From contig JAQGDQ010001018.1 in the NCBI GenBank assembly GCA_030141605.1, positions 1-64,000 on the forward strand: DNA of 64,000 nt. Direction: 5' to 3'. Of the stretch, positions 18,001-46,157 are shown one piece after another. Under the pieces are notes generated by a model. That model did not search any database and was not told where the DNA came from. It worked only from the letters and a program-made list of their open reading frames with translations. Position 1 is the first letter of the stretch. Every line of letters starts with the position of its first letter. This DNA is from Tubiluchus corallicola (taxonomy: Eukaryota; Animalia; Priapulida). The translations under genes were made by a program, and so were the position numbers.

Positions 18001-19190
18001 CAGTACTGTTACAGTACTAACAATATACGTTTGATTAGCTATGGATTGCTAACTTACAAATATAAACTATCCAAACCATAAGGCAAAATAGCTCTGAAAG
18101 ATACCATTTTTAAAGTAGTATGCATAAAACTTTCAAGGAAACTCCATAATGTAATAATTCAAGAACACATGAACATTTGTAATACCATTTGGGGAAAAAG
18201 TCGACATCAGAACGATTAAGACTGCATCTTGCAGCTCAAAAATGTGTAGCAAAGATTACTGTGAGAAATGAACTTGGTCTACTAAAAGCTGCAATAATAT
18301 TTCCAAACTATAACCTCATTGCATACCAAAAAAAAATTTAGTACGTAAATCTAGTTAATTTATAAAAAAAACATACTAACTTTGAAACAATAATTTGTGC
18401 CAAACAGCTATCCACTCATGCTTGTTTTGTTATGTAGAAAAAAAAAACACATAAATGCATATTGTTAGTAAATAAAACTACTTTCACTATGCAAGTCAAG
18501 CACCCCTCTTTTGGTGATACGGAAATTGTAACTTTTGGGGTTCATTTAAAGATTTTCTTCGGAAAGAGGAAGTCACAAGGGAAGTGACAATCATGTAAAG
18601 GAAAGCACTGTGCTTTGCATTTATTACAATATTATAGGTAGCAAGAATCACTTATCTATGGTAGCCATGTAACTCAGTGTATCCAGCAAAAATGGCAGTG
18701 ATAGTCAGGGCATTGACAACAACTTTGAAGAAATTGTATTTAGTAGAAGAGAATGTGATTGATGTCACGTTTATCAAGACTCTTTAACAAAGTTCATTTC
18801 ATGCTGTATTTTACGTTAAATGAAGCCATATTAGTTAATATTTACTCTGTATTTGTAAATACAAGAATGTTATGAAATCAGTCACACATCCCGCCTAGTT
18901 ACATAAAAATGTAGTTTTTTGTGATTTGACTTTGAGAATGTGTAAAGTTATTTCACCAATAAGATGATTATGTGAGCCACAATGTCATATATCTGAGTAA
19001 GTATTTATTTCTATTTTAACAGCAGAATAATTCATACCACAAAGTGAGACTAACCTTTTCCGTTTGATCCTGGAGAAGTCGTTGAGGACTGAGCTTCTTT
19101 AGATTGACATAGAGTGTCAAAGCAAAGCAATGTAGTAAATGCAAACAAAAATGTGATCCGAATACACCGAGCTGCATGCACTAATAGCAT
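12015..19190 (-). CDS. Gene 2: atypical secreted S1A serine protease, signal peptide plus GPI-like tail, 7 coding exons
   Basis: Exons 19190-19055 (MLLVHAARCIRITFLFAFTTLLCFDTLC, signal-like), 16152-16088 (PIEPR/IHGGENAGEREFPYM), 15718-15612 (TAGGFLI..LTVAHMF), 14933-14858, 13976-13778 (INDIAFARL..VGWG), 13475-13348 (C..C..RIGGL), 12338-12015 (GDSGGP..SMICIITLFSALCASF*). All junctions GT-AG and phase-compatible. Confidence 0.9.
17560..17870 (+). mobile_element. Degenerate CR1-like LINE 3' fragment in gene 2 intron 1
   Basis: Broken frames give RSDKIEVYKI, PRLWNKLP and SLNAFKFRLDR, typical CR1 ORF2 C-terminal motifs. Confidence 0.6.
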
Positions 19191-22133
19191 TGTTTCTGAA
19201 ACTGACAATGTGAAAGTTGAAAAATAATTAGTAAATAAATCAATGCCATAAGGATCTTAATGATATGATAGCATCAATTACTAGTTACAGTTATCAGTTC
19301 ACTGGCCAAAGGAAATCAACTTTTTATGGCTCCTAAACAAACTCACTTTGTAGTGCTCGCCGTCTGTTATAAAAGAGAAAAAACAAATTTAAACATTTAC
19401 TGTTTTCATTAATTGGAAGAATCAGTAATTCAAAACGCAATTGGAAAAACACAAGGTAAACTTTCAACAAGAAAAAAACTGAATATCCTTAAAGATTTTT
19501 TCTTTGTAGATTTGTGAAAAAAATCTTAAACGTCGAAGTTGAACTGATGCACCAATGTCCATCAACAGATTCTCACAAAAACATATTTAGATTCATGTGA
19601 TTTGACATCAGTCATTCCAAACTTGCTTAGGGAGAAGAAACATAATAGGCAGTCCATATTTGAATAATTACTACCATTTCGCCTAAGTAGCTAGTGTTAA
19701 AAGCTAATTTAGTTACTGTACAAGCAGTTTGTGATAACAGACAAAGTCGTTTCATCAGGTAAGGAGAATAACCTAAGAACTGTCAACAAAGATTTAGTTT
19801 AAAATAATTTAATTTAATTTTCTTTAAGTTTTTTTATCGCCGCAGTCAGTTAATAGTTCATAATTTAGTAACCCGTTAAAGGATAGCAATTGCACCAGGT
19901 AGTCTACATTTCTTATTATAGGTAAACACAAATTACCATATTATTATTCAGGCAGCAATTGCATAATTAGGCACAATAATTTAGGCGTAGTTATTTTGCT
20001 ATACGTACCTGTTGTCACGAAATCTACCAGTTCCTAAAACACTTAAAAGTGGTTAAGCCTCGTCAAAATAAACGATTCCACTGTTTTGTGTGTTCAAACC
20101 ACATTGTCTGAGGTTTAGAATTTTAGAACAACGATTTTTTTTCAAAAGACAATTGAGGACGTGATTATTTAGATTAAAGAGAGTTTGTTTCGTTCTATTT
20201 ATGTTTTGCAACTGCAGAACGAATTTTTATTTGCTGTATTCACGAAGAGTGCTTTCCTGTGTTTTAATAACTAGGCTTTGTAATAGAACGTTAATATGAA
20301 ATAAGATGGTGACTATATTATCTAAGTAGTATCATAGGAAATGTCCGTGATTTTAACCATAATTCGTACGGGTACAAGCCCAGCTGATATTTTTGAAGAT
20401 GATGATTGATGTAGATTATATTGTAACGATGCAACGATAGCGTCGTTATTTGCAATAGTCTGCATTAGTCGTTCTCTCACATGTTGGAAGCCGAGTGGGC
20501 CTGAGTGACGATGAAGAACATTTCAACAGACGTCTGTTGCATATCAGGTTTACAAAGACAAACAAGCAACTTCGTACTAGACCTAACTATCACAAGGGAG
20601 TGGTGGTGGGAGGGGGTAAAAAAAGGCATTTCTTTATTCTAACAAAAAGTTTTTGACAACATCTAAAGAATCGTTTAGTCATTTTATCAGTTTTTCATCA
20701 ATGTTGGTAATTGCATTAAAGATGGGTATTGCTGTGTAATGAAATACGTAAATGGCAAAAGATTGTTTGCTTGTCCTGATAGCTAATGATTTGAATGATC
20801 ATTGGGTAGATATTTTGAATAATTATTGTGGTCAATTGTGATAATGCTAATAGCTCTGCTATCTTTTTCGTGTCTCTGCTGAGCTCTAAGAATTTCTTCT
20901 TTAGTCTGTGGGTGAGTTTTTGGTATGTGCAACAACGTATATTTCTATAATATATTGCTTACGATGAATAAAATAAGAAAACTAGACCATTTGAAAATTG
21001 TTAAATTTTCAGCAGAGTGTAGTGCCGTGTATATCAAAGTTTTATAAATGTGTGGATGTAGGTTAGAAAATTTCCCAATATGCTTATAGGTCGCCATAAT
21101 TATCTGACGAAACTTATGGATTAAATTTAAACGCTGAAGCAAAATTTACATATTTACTTGATGTGCTCTCTTTATTTTGTTTACTAATAAAATATAGACG
21201 CACAAACTGAAGGTATACATTTCCTAATTATTACAAAAAAATTAATCTTAGCAGAAAACGCAAATGCTTCTCATTTTCCTGCTTTTTACGCCTACGCCTA
21301 GGTAGAAAATAATGAATCAAAATGTTTCAAATAACTAAATATTAGGAAACAGACATTTTAACTTTTGCTTATTTTTGAGAAAAAACACAAAAAAATAAAT
21401 TACTGTCGTTTACAACAAATTTAACGAATTTAAAGCCAATTTACCTCTTGTGTAAGAATATTTCGTGTAAAAATTTCTAACACTTTGCATTATTTAAAGG
21501 GGTGGGTAGAAAAATTTCATATAGGTAGCATGTCGTGAAGTTTGGGCTTCACGATTCGCCCCCCAGAGAGAAGCCATTGAATTGAATTGATTTTACGTGT
21601 AACTGTAGAAAAGAAGTTAGGCAGTTGTTGAGTTGGTATGAAAGGGCAAACTAGCATATTGCGTTCGGAAAAAAAGAATAAAGTTCAGCGTTACGGCGGT
21701 GGTAAAAATTCTCGTCTTTTCGTTTTATTTGTCTCAAAAGTCACCACGACATAGCACAACAAGAGATATAGTCAGCTGCCGAGGTTTCAAACACCCCTCA
21801 CAACAAACGGCTGACTTGAAAATTTTCATATATGATCATATATGTGAGTGTAGACTTACTGTAGATTTCTATTAATGGACGTGAAGCTAACTGCCTATAT
21901 GCTGGAGAAACGACAAGCAAGGGAGTCGAGTTTCAACTCATATAAGTTCAGAAAAAAATAAACTTATTGGAAAGATGCATGAGTTTGTTATGTTATGCCT
22001 GCAATTTAATTGGAATCCGTCACGTCTACCATAGAAAAATCTAGAAATAGTTAACATGGATTGCATAGTAGCAGTAATATGACGGAGATCATAGGGAATC
22101 AATGGAGATACGGGGTGAACTAAACTGCATCAA

Positions 22134-22504
22134 TATAACTGTTTTAGGAAATAATGATCTGTTGAACTTGTTATTATTCGGTAAAGATGAATTTAACTAT
22201 GTTACCAACTGTAAAATATTCCAATGTATACATGACTTTATATTATGTACTAAACGCTTCCAGTAGTTTCTATCTGATATAAAATGCATCATTCTTAAAT
22301 AATCGTACATTAATATTTACTAACCGTCATTTTTTACTAATGTCTAATGTATCACTGTAAGTAAAACTTTAGTATTCTAAAAGTTAAGTATGTTCAATTC
22401 TTACTGTAAATGTTCTTGTAAATAGTGTATAAAGTCTATTGTGGTGAGGATCTTAAATCATGTTGTACAAACTGTCTGATCCAATCCTAAATAAATTATG
22501 TTTA
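22134..22504 (+). mobile_element. 5'-truncated LINE (CR1/L2 group) insertion with 16-bp target-site duplication
   Basis: Encodes LLNLLLFGKDEFNYVTNCKIFQCIHDFILCTKRF*, then 3'UTR with AATAAA; flanked by aactaaactgcatcaa at 22118-22133 and 22505-22520. Confidence 0.75.
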
Positions 22505-22994
22505 AACTAAACTGCATCAAAGGTTGAATGAAGAAATTAAACGGACATCCTAATCCTCAGCTTTGGATACGAATCAAAATCTAAGATACATTCCAGCTCT
22601 CTTTGTGTTCCTTGTCTCAAAATTTCATTAACTTTGTATTTGCAAGATTACTAAGATTACAATAAACTTTTCTTTATAAGCTTCGTCGTAGCTCACTGTA
22701 TTAATTACTGTAGCACGTTGTTCTCTAAATTGTGGTTCTATACAGTGAAGTGTTACCAGCAAACATTTACAGATAATAGCATTTTAAATACATAACAATA
22801 ATAACAGTAAATACATTCAGTTTAATATCATTGAAAAATTTATAATTAAATATGTAAAGTCCACATTTTACATATACATTCTACGATAGGTTTGTTTTTT
22901 AGGAAAGCAACAATGAAAGAAAACTAGTGTGGATATTTTTTCTTCACAATACCACAAAACAAAATTCTGTTTTTTACTCTGCCTTTTTTAATCA

Positions 22995-23157
22995 TTAAAG
23001 CTTTAAAAGGCTTGAAGGAAATGGGGATAACAATTTAATTGTAGAGATCGCTGTTCTGGCGTGTTCTTGAGCTCTGATAGATACACAGTTAGATGTTGCA
23101 TATACGCCAAAACTTTGATCTCCAAACGTCATGATTGAATGACCCTGTTGAACATCA
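22995..23157 (-). pseudogene. Orphan C-terminal fragment of a third atypical protease paralogue
   Basis: VQQGHSIMTFGDQSFGV..AQEHARTAISTIKLLS aligns with gene 1 IEQAFSRYEFGDESFGA..ALGHDTTAISIITILS; upstream sequence is replaced by a fold-back junction. Confidence 0.7.
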
Positions 23158-23804
23158 TTCACTGTATAGAACCACAATTTAGAGAACAACGTGCTACACG
23201 TTGTTCTCTATATTGTGGTTCTATACAGTGAAGTGTTACCAGCAAATATTTATAGATAATAGCATTTTAAATAAATAACAATACTAACAGTATCACACTA
23301 GACAGTAACTCGCAGGAGATCGTCTCAAATCAAATCAAATCAAATCAAATTTATTCTCAATTTGCTGCAACTATCTGAGAGTTGGCAATAATTTTACAAC
23401 ACAAACGCGCAAATCTGTTCAAACTTGCGAGTTTTTTGTCAGAGAAAAACCTTTTAGTGATGAATCGTGTCTTTCACTGCTTTATTGTAATCAGACTATG
23501 TCGTTTAGCTCTTCGTTAATTTAACTATTATAATATCGTTTGTCTACATGTGAAAAATTACTAACCTTTGTATGAGTAACTTACAGTTTAACTTTAACTC
23601 TTTTACTCATTTGCATCAAAATTAAATTGAAGAAATTACATAAAAATAATCCTAAAAGATTTTTTATTGTACGAGCATTTGTATCTATATGCAAAAATAT
23701 ACATTCAATGAAACAATAAACAAATTGGTATAAACTTATTTAGGAATGACATCTAATAAGCGATGCAACAAAATACTAGTTTAATTAAAGGTGAACAATA
23801 TGAA

Positions 23805-25632
23805 CAACTGCAAGTGAAATTCTTTTATGTGAAGAGGAATTTAGTCCTATTGTTGGATTTTAGCATACAAATGATTACAGTAACTGCAAGTGAAATTCTT
23901 TTATGTGAAGAGGAATTTGGTCCTATTGTTGGATTTTAGCATACAAATGATTACGGTAACTGCAAGTGAAATTCTTTTATGTGAAGAGGAATTTGGTCCT
24001 ATTGTTGGATTTTAGCATACAAATGATTACAGTAACTGCAAGTGAAATTCTTTTATGTGAAGAGGAATTTGGTCCTATTGTTGGATTTTAGCATGCAAAT
24101 GATTACGGTAACTGCAAGTGAAATTCTTTTATGTGAAGAGGAATTTGGTCCTATTGTTGGATTTTAGCATACAAATGATTACATTAACTGCAAGTGAAAT
24201 TCTTTTATGTGAAGAGGAATTTGGTCCTATTGTTGGATTTTAGCATGCAAATGATTACGGTAACTGCAAGTGAAATTCTTTTATGTGAAGAGGAATTTGG
24301 TCCTATTGTTGGACTTTAGCATACAAATGATTATGGTAACTGCAAGTGAAATTCTTTTATGTGAAGAGGAATTTGGTCCTATTGTTGGATTTTAGCATAC
24401 AAATGACTACAGTAACTGCAAGTGAAATTCTTTTATGTGAAGAGGAATTTGGTCCTATTGTTGGATTTTAGCATGCAAATGATTACGGTAACTGCAAGTG
24501 AAATTCTTTTATGTGAAGAGGAATTTGGTCCTATTGTTGAATTTTAGCATACAAATGATTACAGTAACTGCAAGTGAAATTCTTTTATGTGAAGAGGAAT
24601 TTGGTCCTATTGTTGGATTTTAGCATGCAAATGATTACGGTAACTGCAAGTGAAATTCTTTTATGTGAAGAGGAATTTGGTCCTATTGTTGGAATTTAGC
24701 ATACAAATGATTATGGTAACTGCAAGTGAAATTCTTTTATGTGAAGAGGAATTTGGTCCTATTGTTGGATTTTAGCATACAAATGATTACAGTAACTGCA
24801 AGTGAAATTCTTTTATGTGAAGAGGAATTTGGTCCTATTGTTGGATTTTAGCATGCAAATGATTACGGTAACTGCAAGTGAAATTCTTTTATGTGAAGAG
24901 GAATTTGGTCATATTGTTGGAATTTAGCATACAAATGATTATGGTAACTGCAAGTGAAATTCTTTTATGTGAAGAGGAATTTGGTCCTATTGTTGGATTT
25001 TAGCATACAAATGATTACAGCAACTGCAAGTGAAATTCTTTTATGTGAAGAGGAATTTGGTCCTATTGTTGGATTTTAGCATGCAAATGATTACGGTAAC
25101 TGCAAGTGAAATTCTTTTATGTGAAGAGGAATTTGGTCCTATTGTTGGAATTTAGCATACAAATGATTACGGTAACTGCAAGTGAAATTCTTTTATGTGA
25201 AGAGGAATTTGGTCCTATTGTTGGATTTTAGCATACAAATGATTACGGTAACTGCAAGTGAAATTCTTTTATGTGAAGAGGAATTTGGTCCTATTGTTGG
25301 ATTTTAGCATACAAATGATTACAGTAACTGCAAGTGAAATTCTTTTATGTGAAGAGGAATTTGGTCCTATTGTTGGACTTTAGCATACAAATGATTACGG
25401 TAACTGCAAGTGAAATTCTTTTATGTGAAGAGGAATTTGGTCCTATGGTGGGATTTTAGCATACAAATGATTACGGTAACTGCAAGTGAAATTCTTTTAT
25501 GTGAAGAGGAATTTGGTCCTATTGTTGGATTTTGGCATACAAATGATTACGGTAACTGCAAGTGAAATTCTTTTATTTGAAGAGGAATTTGGTCCTGTTG
25601 TTGGATTTTAGCATACAAATGATTACGGTAAC
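23805..25632. repeat. 76-bp tandem minisatellite, 24 copies
   Basis: Unit taactgcaagtgaaattcttttatgtgaagaggaatttggtcctattgttggattttagcatacaaatgattacgg; period 76 holds from 23805 to 25629; no variable spacers. Confidence 0.97.
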
Positions 25633-25931
25633 CACATCCATTACGGCAGCAATTTTCGTTAGTCCCATGAGTAAATGTAGTTGTAGATTTGCTCGACAGG
25701 AGTTAGGTAATAGGCAAACTTTGGAACAATCAGCCCTTTGTAATACCAGCCCACTAACAAGACTTATTCATGACCGTAGAGTCCAATAATTTCAAGGTAC
25801 TTATATGTTCTACAAGCTGCCTGTAAGCTGGTTAGTCCAGTTATTAGGATTATTAGTCCATAATTAGTCGTTGAGCAAATGCGCCTTGATAACCATCTAA
25901 TTCGCGGTCGTATTCAACCAGAAGAACAATC

Positions 25932-41481
<15,550 letters not shown>

Positions 41482-41579
41482 TGCGAATTCTTGGTAAATT
41501 CAAGCTGAAAGTAAAAAAATCCAAACAAAGTGAACACAGGTCACAGGGATTTCAAGAAGAGCCATTTTCTGAAGACCCA

Positions 41580-41754
41580 GATCATCATCTTTACCATCAT
41601 TATCATTATCATCATCATCGTCACCATCAGCACCATCATCATCATAATCATTATCATCGTCTTCGTCAGCATCGTGATATTCACTTTCAATATCATTATC
41701 ATCATTATTTAACAAAATTTACAAAAAAATTCTATTGCATTATAGCCGAAGAAA

Positions 41755-41836
<82 letters not shown>

Positions 41837-41858
41837 CTCCTTTCTCTCTCGTTCTCTC

Positions 41859-41903
<45 letters not shown>

Positions 41904-41918
41904 TCTCTCTCTCTCTCT
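41580..41918. repeat. (CAT)n and (CT)n microsatellites
   Basis: CAT run 41580-41708, CT run 41758-41918. Confidence 0.95.
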
Positions 41919-41940
41919 TTCTTTGTAAGTTACTTTAGTC

Positions 41941-43125
41941 ATCAATAATGCATTAGCCTTTTTACGTGTGCTAATTAAAATGTCAATTTTTATCATACTT
42001 CAACACGAGTTCAGACATGAACATGCAGCTTTCGTTTAACACTTAAGCACGTTTTTTTAGAAATTATGCTAATTATTTAGTATGGAAATGAATATTGGAT
42101 CATGCTTGATTATTTATTTATTTATTTGTATGATATAACACAGCACGTAAGTTGCAGAATCATTTCAGTTTAGAATGATGTTATCAAATGTTAATGACAG
42201 TGAACTAAAAAGTTACTTACGTTTAGAACGCAGCTTAAGCAATGTCAACTTGTTCTACACACCCCAAACTTCTCCAGAATATGAAGTGGGATCACTTTTA
42301 TATATCAAACTTCTATACTGGGAGCCATAAACCATACCTGGGGGCCAACAGGTGTCATAATAAATATGTTCCAGAATGGGGCATAGCCAGATTTTAACGT
42401 TAGGGGGAGCAAGCATACAAAAAGGCCATCACACATACCATACCATTGATTGTAATTTTGTGTTTAAAATTAAAACGCAAGAAAATTCAGTTTTTAACGA
42501 AGTACATGAATGTTATTTTGTATTTAAAATTAAAATACAATAGTTGGGTTAATGCACGTCCAAGCAGGGGAGGCAGGTTGATGAAATAAAGTAAAAACTC
42601 CATTATTGAAAAACCGCCCATTTTGAAATATGTGCTCGTTGGAGAAGTGGATCCCCTTACTCCCCCTACTAGCTACGCCCCTGACTTCAGTCTGTGACGC
42701 AACTCATCTCTTGACTTTGCCTTGACTTGCGGTCTGCCTGTATTATTTGTTGCTGGGTAAAAATTTCAAGTGCATTCTGGGAAATAATTCCAGCCAAACA
42801 ACAGCATAATAAAAGTTACAAAATCATCTTATTGGCTAAAATTGCAATTGAAACCGGTTGATAATAATAATAATAATAATCTTATAAAATTGTTCTATTA
42901 TAAAATCTTATTATAAAAACACCATTATATTAATTACTTTGTTCAATTGCTTTGCAAGGCGGATGACAATAGAACTTTTGTGTAAGAAAAATCAAATTTT
43001 AAAGCATGTCCAAAAACCTTTCCAATCAAAGTCATCAATTTGAAATACTTTTGTAACTACAAATGAAAATTTTGAATAGTTACAGTGTTCTAGCGAAACT
43101 AGTAAAATGTCGTTGACTCACTATT
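41941..43125 (+). repeat. Local direct duplication copy A (about 1.2 kb), includes hAT-type MITE 42376-42683
   Basis: Colinear with 45962-47745 from atcaataatgcattagc to gaaactagtaaaatgtc. Confidence 0.88.
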
Positions 43126-43272
43126 ACTATCAACATAATTTATTTTTGAATGCGCATTTACAGTTAACTTACATAAGTGGTTCAATTAAAGGAACTATGT
43201 AGAATAGTAGCAAAAGTAAAACAAATATTAAACACTGACAACAACAACAACAACAGCACCAACAACAACAAC

Positions 43273-43323
<51 letters not shown>

Positions 43324-43678
43324 CAACAACAACAACAAACAAGTTTATTTACATAAAAAAGACAAAGCAATTAATTAAAAAAAGACACCTCACATTCTAA
43401 CATTTCTCTCAATTGATACTTTGATAAAAAATTAAAAAATTCCAATTTTCTATACATCTTATACAAAGATTGTTATGGTTAGCTGCCTAAATTTTACGAG
43501 ATAATTCATAAACTCTTCAAGGTAACATCATTTTCTACAACAATTTATATTAGACCATTGATATATTAGCCTTACTTGGGTTTTTAGTAATGTTTACACA
43601 CGACAATTCTTAAACTTTCTAATATAAACACAAATTTTGAGCAAATTTTATTGCTAATTATTGCTGAAAGTTTCTTAC

Positions 43679-43757
43679 CTGTAACTGACCTAACCTTCCT
43701 CAGATCGTAAGTTGTTTTTCTTGTTTACAACCAACCCCCAAGTGCTGTCTTTTTATA
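43679..43757 (-). promoter_or_regulatory. Putative TATA box and non-coding first exon of gene 3
   Basis: Minus strand TATAAAAA at 43757-43750, CAG|GTAAGA donor at 43679, and a tttcag acceptor about 23 nt before the gene 3 ATG. Confidence 0.55.
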
Positions 43758-44031
43758 AGTCTAGTCTAATGTCTCGAGGCTATGAGATTGACGTCAAAAT
43801 GCTCAGTAACCTGTGACATTTTGACCTGTTGCAACGGCCAGAACATGCTCTATGCTGCAATTTTTCCAACTAGTTTCTTTTAGCTGGAATTTTGTAAACA
43901 GGTAAATCAAGTGTTCTCCTGATTTCATATTACTTGTGTTCCTAGAGCACGTGCACAAAATTCAGGGTTACCGCCCATGCAGTGAAGGATGGTCGACATA
44001 CTAGATATAAAACTCCCATTGCATGAGAAAA

Positions 44032-44385
44032 TGTACTCTATGTAAAAGTGTACTCTATGTAAAAGTGTACTCTATGTAAAAAAAGGTACTCTATGTAAAA
44101 ATGTACTCTATGTAAAAATGTACTCTATGTAAAAATGTACTCTATGTAAAAATGTACTCTATGTAAAAATGTACTCTATGTAAAAGTGTACTCTATGTAA
44201 AAATGGTACTCTATGTAAAAATGCACTTTATGTAAAAATGTACTCTATGTAAAAATGTACTCTATGTAAAAATGTACTCTATGTAAAAATGTACTCTATG
44301 TAAAAGTGTACTCTATGTAAAAATGTTCTCTATGTAAAAATGTACTCTATGTAAAAGTGTACTCTATGTAAAAGTGTACTCTATG
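44032..44385. repeat. 17-bp minisatellite, about 21 copies
   Basis: Unit tgtactctatgtaaaaa. Confidence 0.95.
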
Positions 44386-45186
44386 CCCGTTCACATGTAC
44401 GATTTTCTCACACAAGTTGCCACAAAAGTCTGAACGCGCCATTTTAACTTAATTATACATTTCCAAAAGCAGTAAATGCGTCACTTCACCATCTGATAGT
44501 AGAACATGTTATTATTAATATCCCTATAAACAATGAAAGTATTATTATATACAGTAACATTTTATACGCTTCCGTATTAGCATTTAATTGTCCAGATAAA
44601 GACGAAATGACTAGCTTTTAGAAGCTTTTTAATGAGAATTATTCAATATTAGGGTATTATTTTTATAGACATTATTTTTGTGCGTCATTTACTATTATAT
44701 AGGATTATCGCAAGTGAATGCGCCTGCTGATTTTTTTCTTTTATACTTGTTTTAATACACATGTAAACATGTAAAGTCAATAAATGAATAAATAATAGCA
44801 ATAATAAATAATAATAGATAAATAAATAATAATAAATAGAATTGAAAATCAACATGTGGGACTAGTTTTCTTAGATTCCAAGATTTTAGACATTAGTAAC
44901 AGAAATTTGAGAAAATGTTTTCTATGTCTTTCCATCGCCCAGGGGAAGGTCGTTCTGGATGTTTGCTATTTCTTGAAAATGTCACCACACCCGTGGGTTG
45001 TACCAGCCAACTTTGTCAGACAAAAGACGTCGACATTTCACAAATGTGAAACTTGAAATCTTTTGAGGTGAGGCGCTTTCGTACTTGTTTGCCTGGTTTT
45101 AGTGTGTGTATTAAACCTGTTATTATGGCGGCACAATATTGTAAAGACGAGTCATCTTTGGCTGTTTAATAAGTTACACATGGGAA

Positions 45187-45286
45187 GTAAGACTAGGGAG
45201 TTTTGGGATATGCAGAGAGTAAGACTAGGGAGTTTTGGGATATGCAGAGAGTAAGACTAGGGAGTTTTGGGATATGCAGAGAGTAA
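45187..45286. repeat. 32-bp tandem repeat, 3 copies
   Basis: gtaagactagggagttttgggatatgcagaga x3. Confidence 0.92.
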
Positions 45287-45961
45287 GCTGTGCATACCAG
45301 TGTTCAATACTCAATACTAAAAGCTGATGACATTTCGCGTAATATAAATGGTGGTAACACTATTGCTATGACATTTCCCATTATAGATATCTAAAATGCA
45401 CTTTGTTGATAACATCTTTTAATCTAGCTATCAAGTGAGAATAATGTTTGAGCACCAGCGTAAACACCAAAATGTAAACAAAAATCACTTTTTGCTAGAA
45501 AAGTTTCAAATCTAATTTTAGCTGTTTAAGTTTCTCAACTCAGATTTCCAAGTGGAAAATATCTTTGTTATAAAATAGTTTCTAATATATAATAAAACGT
45601 GTAAAATAAATATTTACCAAAAGCAAAGGATTAGTAAGGTGGATATTAAAAAGGTGGTTAATATGTGTGTTAAAAATAAAATTACAGTTGGCTTTCTTGC
45701 CTGAATTTATAACCCTTTTTTATGTAAAATCATTTAAAATGATTGCAACTGTTTACTGCATCTATGGTTAGGTGCAGTCTAGCATCTATGGTTAGCAAAA
45801 GAACTTCGTCAACCCGAAATAGTAGGCCGCTTCTACAAAGTAGGACATTTGTTGAGCGTTTGTGGTGTTCTGACGTCATCACTAACTTCACTCGACTGTG
45901 GTTATTTAAGTTTGTGAGTTACTTTAAGTTACTGTCAGTTACTTTGTAAGTTCATTTAATT

Positions 45962-46126
45962 ATCAATAATGCATTAGCGTTTTTACGTGTGCTAATTAAG
46001 ATGTCAATTTTTATCATACTTCAACACGTTCAGACATGAACATGCAATTTTCGATTAACACTTAAGCACGTTTTTTAGAAATTATGCTAATTATTTAGTA
46101 TGGAAATAAATATTGGATCATGCGTG

Positions 46127-46157
<31 letters not shown>

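Noticed and set aside
23805-25632. Regular array as a CRISPR locus
   Set aside because: No unique spacers, no cas genes, eukaryotic context.
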